Below are positions 62,001 through 64,000 of a stretch of DNA of 64,000 nucleotides, in pieces (position 1 is the stretch's first letter; every line of letters starts with the position of its first letter). The stretch lies in contig JBHGNT010000002.1 in the NCBI GenBank assembly GCA_043228905.1, positions 16,864,001-16,928,000 of the forward strand, in the 5' to 3' direction. The DNA is from Azolla caroliniana. Its lineage: Eukaryota; Plantae; Polypodiophyta. The translations under genes were made by a program, and so were the position numbers. The notes below the pieces were generated by a model. The model saw only the letters and a program-made list of their open reading frames with translations, had not been told where the DNA came from and did no database searches.

Positions 62001-64000
62001 TGGATATGGATCAGACGGCGAAATGGGATACCGACTCTGGGACCCCGAACGCAGACAAATCGTTCGAAGTTCGGACGTTGTGTTCAACGAGTCGGCTATG
62101 AATCCATCAGTCGCAACACCGACCGAAGTCCGAAGGGTAACATTTTCCGATGTGCCGACCCTTCAAGAAGGCCCCGCTCTTAACACACGGTCAGCTTCAC
62201 GGGTAGCTAAACCTTACACTACCGACTCGGACAACTCTGACTCGGCACAGCAGAATAATTCGCTTTCGGACCATCCGACCTCGATACCCGATACGACCAG
62301 TCCAATCATACCTCGACGATCCGAGAGACTGTCGCAACCTCCGGAGAGGTATTCTCCTGGAATTTTCTTCACCGACGCCGGCGAACTGACGTCTTACGAA
62401 GAAGCATCGACATCTGTCGATTCAGCCACCTGGCATCTGGCGATGGAGTCGGAAATGCACTCCATTCGGGCAAACAAGACTTGGGATCTGGTCGAATTAC
62501 CTAAGAATCGACGTGCTCTTCCTTGCAAGTGGGTTTATCGACTAAAAGAGACGTCTGATTCGACCACCCCAAAGTACAAGGCCAGATTAGTTGCGAAGGG
62601 CTTCCGACAAGAATATGGCGTCGACTTCGACGAGATTTTTTCACCAGTGGTGAAAATGACAACCCTTCGTTTTCTACTCGGCGTAGTGGCAGCCGACAAC
62701 TTGGAGCTGATTCAGCTAGATGTCAAAACAGCCTTCCTCCATGGTGATCTTGAAGAGGAAATTTATATGGAGCAGCCAAAAGGCTTCGTGGCAACTGGCC
62801 AAGAACATCTAGTCTGTCGACTCAGGAAGAGTCTATACGGCCTCAAACAGGCACCGCGACAATGGTACAAGAAGTTCGATGACTTCATCCAATCGATCGG
62901 CTTCTCAAAAAGCGATGAGGACCATTGTCTTTTTACCAACACAGCTCAAGATGGATCACCCATCTTCCTCATCATTTACGTGGACGACATGCTAATTTCT
63001 GGACGCCACGCGGGCGAACTTGCCGATCTCATTCGGCAATTGCGGTTGAAGTTTGCCATGAAGGACCTCGGTCCGGCACGACACATACTTGGAATGAAGA
63101 TTAGTCGGCATCGCGATAAACGACATCTTTTTTTGTCTCAGACCGACTATATCGGACGTGTCTTGGAACGCTTCAACATGCAATCAGCCAAATCTGCTTC
63201 AACCCCGCTCCCCATGAATCTTCGGCTCTCTCAGCGAGACTGCCCGACATCCGGTCCGGAGGGGGAAGATATGAAGTCGGTACCGTATGCACCGGCAGTC
63301 GGCTCCCTTATGTACCTGATGGTCGCGACACGGCCTGATATTTCTCATGTCGTAGGAGTCGTTAGCAGATTTATGCACAATCCTGGCCGATCGCATTGGA
63401 ACGCAGTCAAGCATGTGTTCAAATATCTGGCTGGCACAAAAGACCACGGCATTCTTTTCGGTCCGAACTCAACCTCAGGCGTAGTCGGTTACACCGACTC
63501 GGACTTCGCCGGCTGTATAGACAGTCGGAAATCAACAACTGGATACTGCTTCAAATTCGGCAATGGAGCAATTTCGTGGAAGTCGAAACTTCAGGAGTGC
63601 ACAGCGACCTCAACGACCGAAGCAGAATATGTAGCTGCGTCCGACGCTGCAAAAGAAGCTTTGTGGCTCGGCCGGCTAGCGCACACGTTTCGACAAGTCG
63701 ACCATGACTCGGCCCCAGTTGTCTATAGCGACAGTCAAGGTGCTGTTGCCTTGTCGAAAAATCCGGTTCACCACAACGCCTCCAAACATATCGACGTTCG
63801 ATATCACTTCGTTCGGGACTGCGTCATTTCAGGGAAAATCGGTCTAGAGAAAATATCCACAACCGACAATGTCGCAGATGGAATGACCAAGTGTCTCTCG
63901 GCAGACCGCTTTCGGTCCCTTCGGCATCAGATGGGCGTGACGACAAACCAGTCCGGTTAGAGCCGGACACAGCGCAAGATGGTTTCAGACAACCGACATC
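58964..64000 (+). mobile_element. Copia element H; 5' LTR truncated, 3' end outside the window
   Basis: LTR ends CAACA at 59173; PBS TGGTATCAGAGC at 59176-59187; ~740-nt leader. Confidence 0.9.
59929..63960 (+). CDS. Intact Copia (Tnt1-like) gag-pol polyprotein
   Basis: Uninterrupted ORF: CNYCKKPGHIKADC, DSGAS, HSDVCGP/TDNGGEF/AERMN, YVDDML, TDSDFAG. Confidence 0.95.
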   Translation: MASTSGSSEMSLRKFDGSNFNFWKEQMQDYLIVKGQIDPIENEEPPEGYKPIEWQKLDRIVRATIRMHLSESVYFTVQSCTTAFELWKTLSDTYEKKVVATKMFLIRRLYNLRMKESDLVQAHLNEYESISSQISSQGTAIEDELRAMILMSSLPSSWETFVTTVCNASTTAVKYSEVTSAILTEAARRKSFAKDSTDDAYVVQGSTNRSNIRGRDSSRQPNNQRRRSQSRDNRICNYCKKPGHIKADCRALKNKNDKSQKSDKKSGRHEEINYVSFSADVLPNDPNILSIENPVGSEVLLTTEESSTWLLDSGASFHVTPHRSQFRQYTIRHSDSVRVGNSQHCDIIGIGTVELNLAGGSTLVLHNVRHVPELSRPLISVGQLDEDGIRAGFSSGGWTLHRGNLLLARGPKIHSLYPLHVTLREGNLFLVDIPVSSLWHRRLGHLSKAGITHLSRAGYIPKLSFSDHQFCEHCQYGKQAATSHPTSAPRETRPLDLVHSDVCGPMPHQSLGGASYFVSFIDDSTRKVWAYPIRTKDRVFSIFSDWLAMVENQTDRKLKCFRTDNGGEFKSEEFVKFCRQRGIRREFTAPHSPEQNGIAERMNRTIQERIVSMLQHSGLSDGFWAEAPLTAVHIINMSPSRPLGLQIPQELWIGSKPNYDKQRIFGCEAYALIPKDDRRKLAPRSRKCIFLGYGSDGEMGYRLWDPERRQIVRSSDVVFNESAMNPSVATPTEVRRVTFSDVPTLQEGPALNTRSASRVAKPYTTDSDNSDSAQQNNSLSDHPTSIPDTTSPIIPRRSERLSQPPERYSPGIFFTDAGELTSYEEASTSVDSATWHLAMESEMHSIRANKTWDLVELPKNRRALPCKWVYRLKETSDSTTPKYKARLVAKGFRQEYGVDFDEIFSPVVKMTTLRFLLGVVAADNLELIQLDVKTAFLHGDLEEEIYMEQPKGFVATGQEHLVCRLRKSLYGLKQAPRQWYKKFDDFIQSIGFSKSDEDHCLFTNTAQDGSPIFLIIYVDDMLISGRHAGELADLIRQLRLKFAMKDLGPARHILGMKISRHRDKRHLFLSQTDYIGRVLERFNMQSAKSASTPLPMNLRLSQRDCPTSGPEGEDMKSVPYAPAVGSLMYLMVATRPDISHVVGVVSRFMHNPGRSHWNAVKHVFKYLAGTKDHGILFGPNSTSGVVGYTDSDFAGCIDSRKSTTGYCFKFGNGAISWKSKLQECTATSTTEAEYVAASDAAKEALWLGRLAHTFRQVDHDSAPVVYSDSQGAVALSKNPVHHNASKHIDVRYHFVRDCVISGKIGLEKISTTDNVADGMTKCLSADRFRSLRHQMGVTTNQSG

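Overview
Land-plant nuclear DNA. Positions 144-4799 (minus strand) hold the 5' nine exons of a spliced DEAD-box RNA helicase of the plant RH25/26/31 (Mss116/Has1-like) type, with telo-box repeats upstream. The remaining ~58 kb is a stack of nested retrotransposons: LINE remnants, Copia elements (one with an intact 1344-aa polyprotein) and Ty3/Gypsy elements, many with LTR, PBS, PPT and TSD resolvable by eye. The most unusual signal is a group of non-chromovirus Gypsy elements (tRNA-Trp primed where a PBS is present). They make 4-bp CG-centred TSDs and use a conserved GGAUUUU + pseudoknot -1 frameshift. In three of their four LTR families, U3 has the same layout: terminal hairpin, antisense tRNA-like Pol III cassettes (A-box/B-box, some with T-arm and anticodon-arm), a CATGCA (RY) cluster, then the Pol II TATA box. 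Everything was read by eye; no database searches or folding programs were run.
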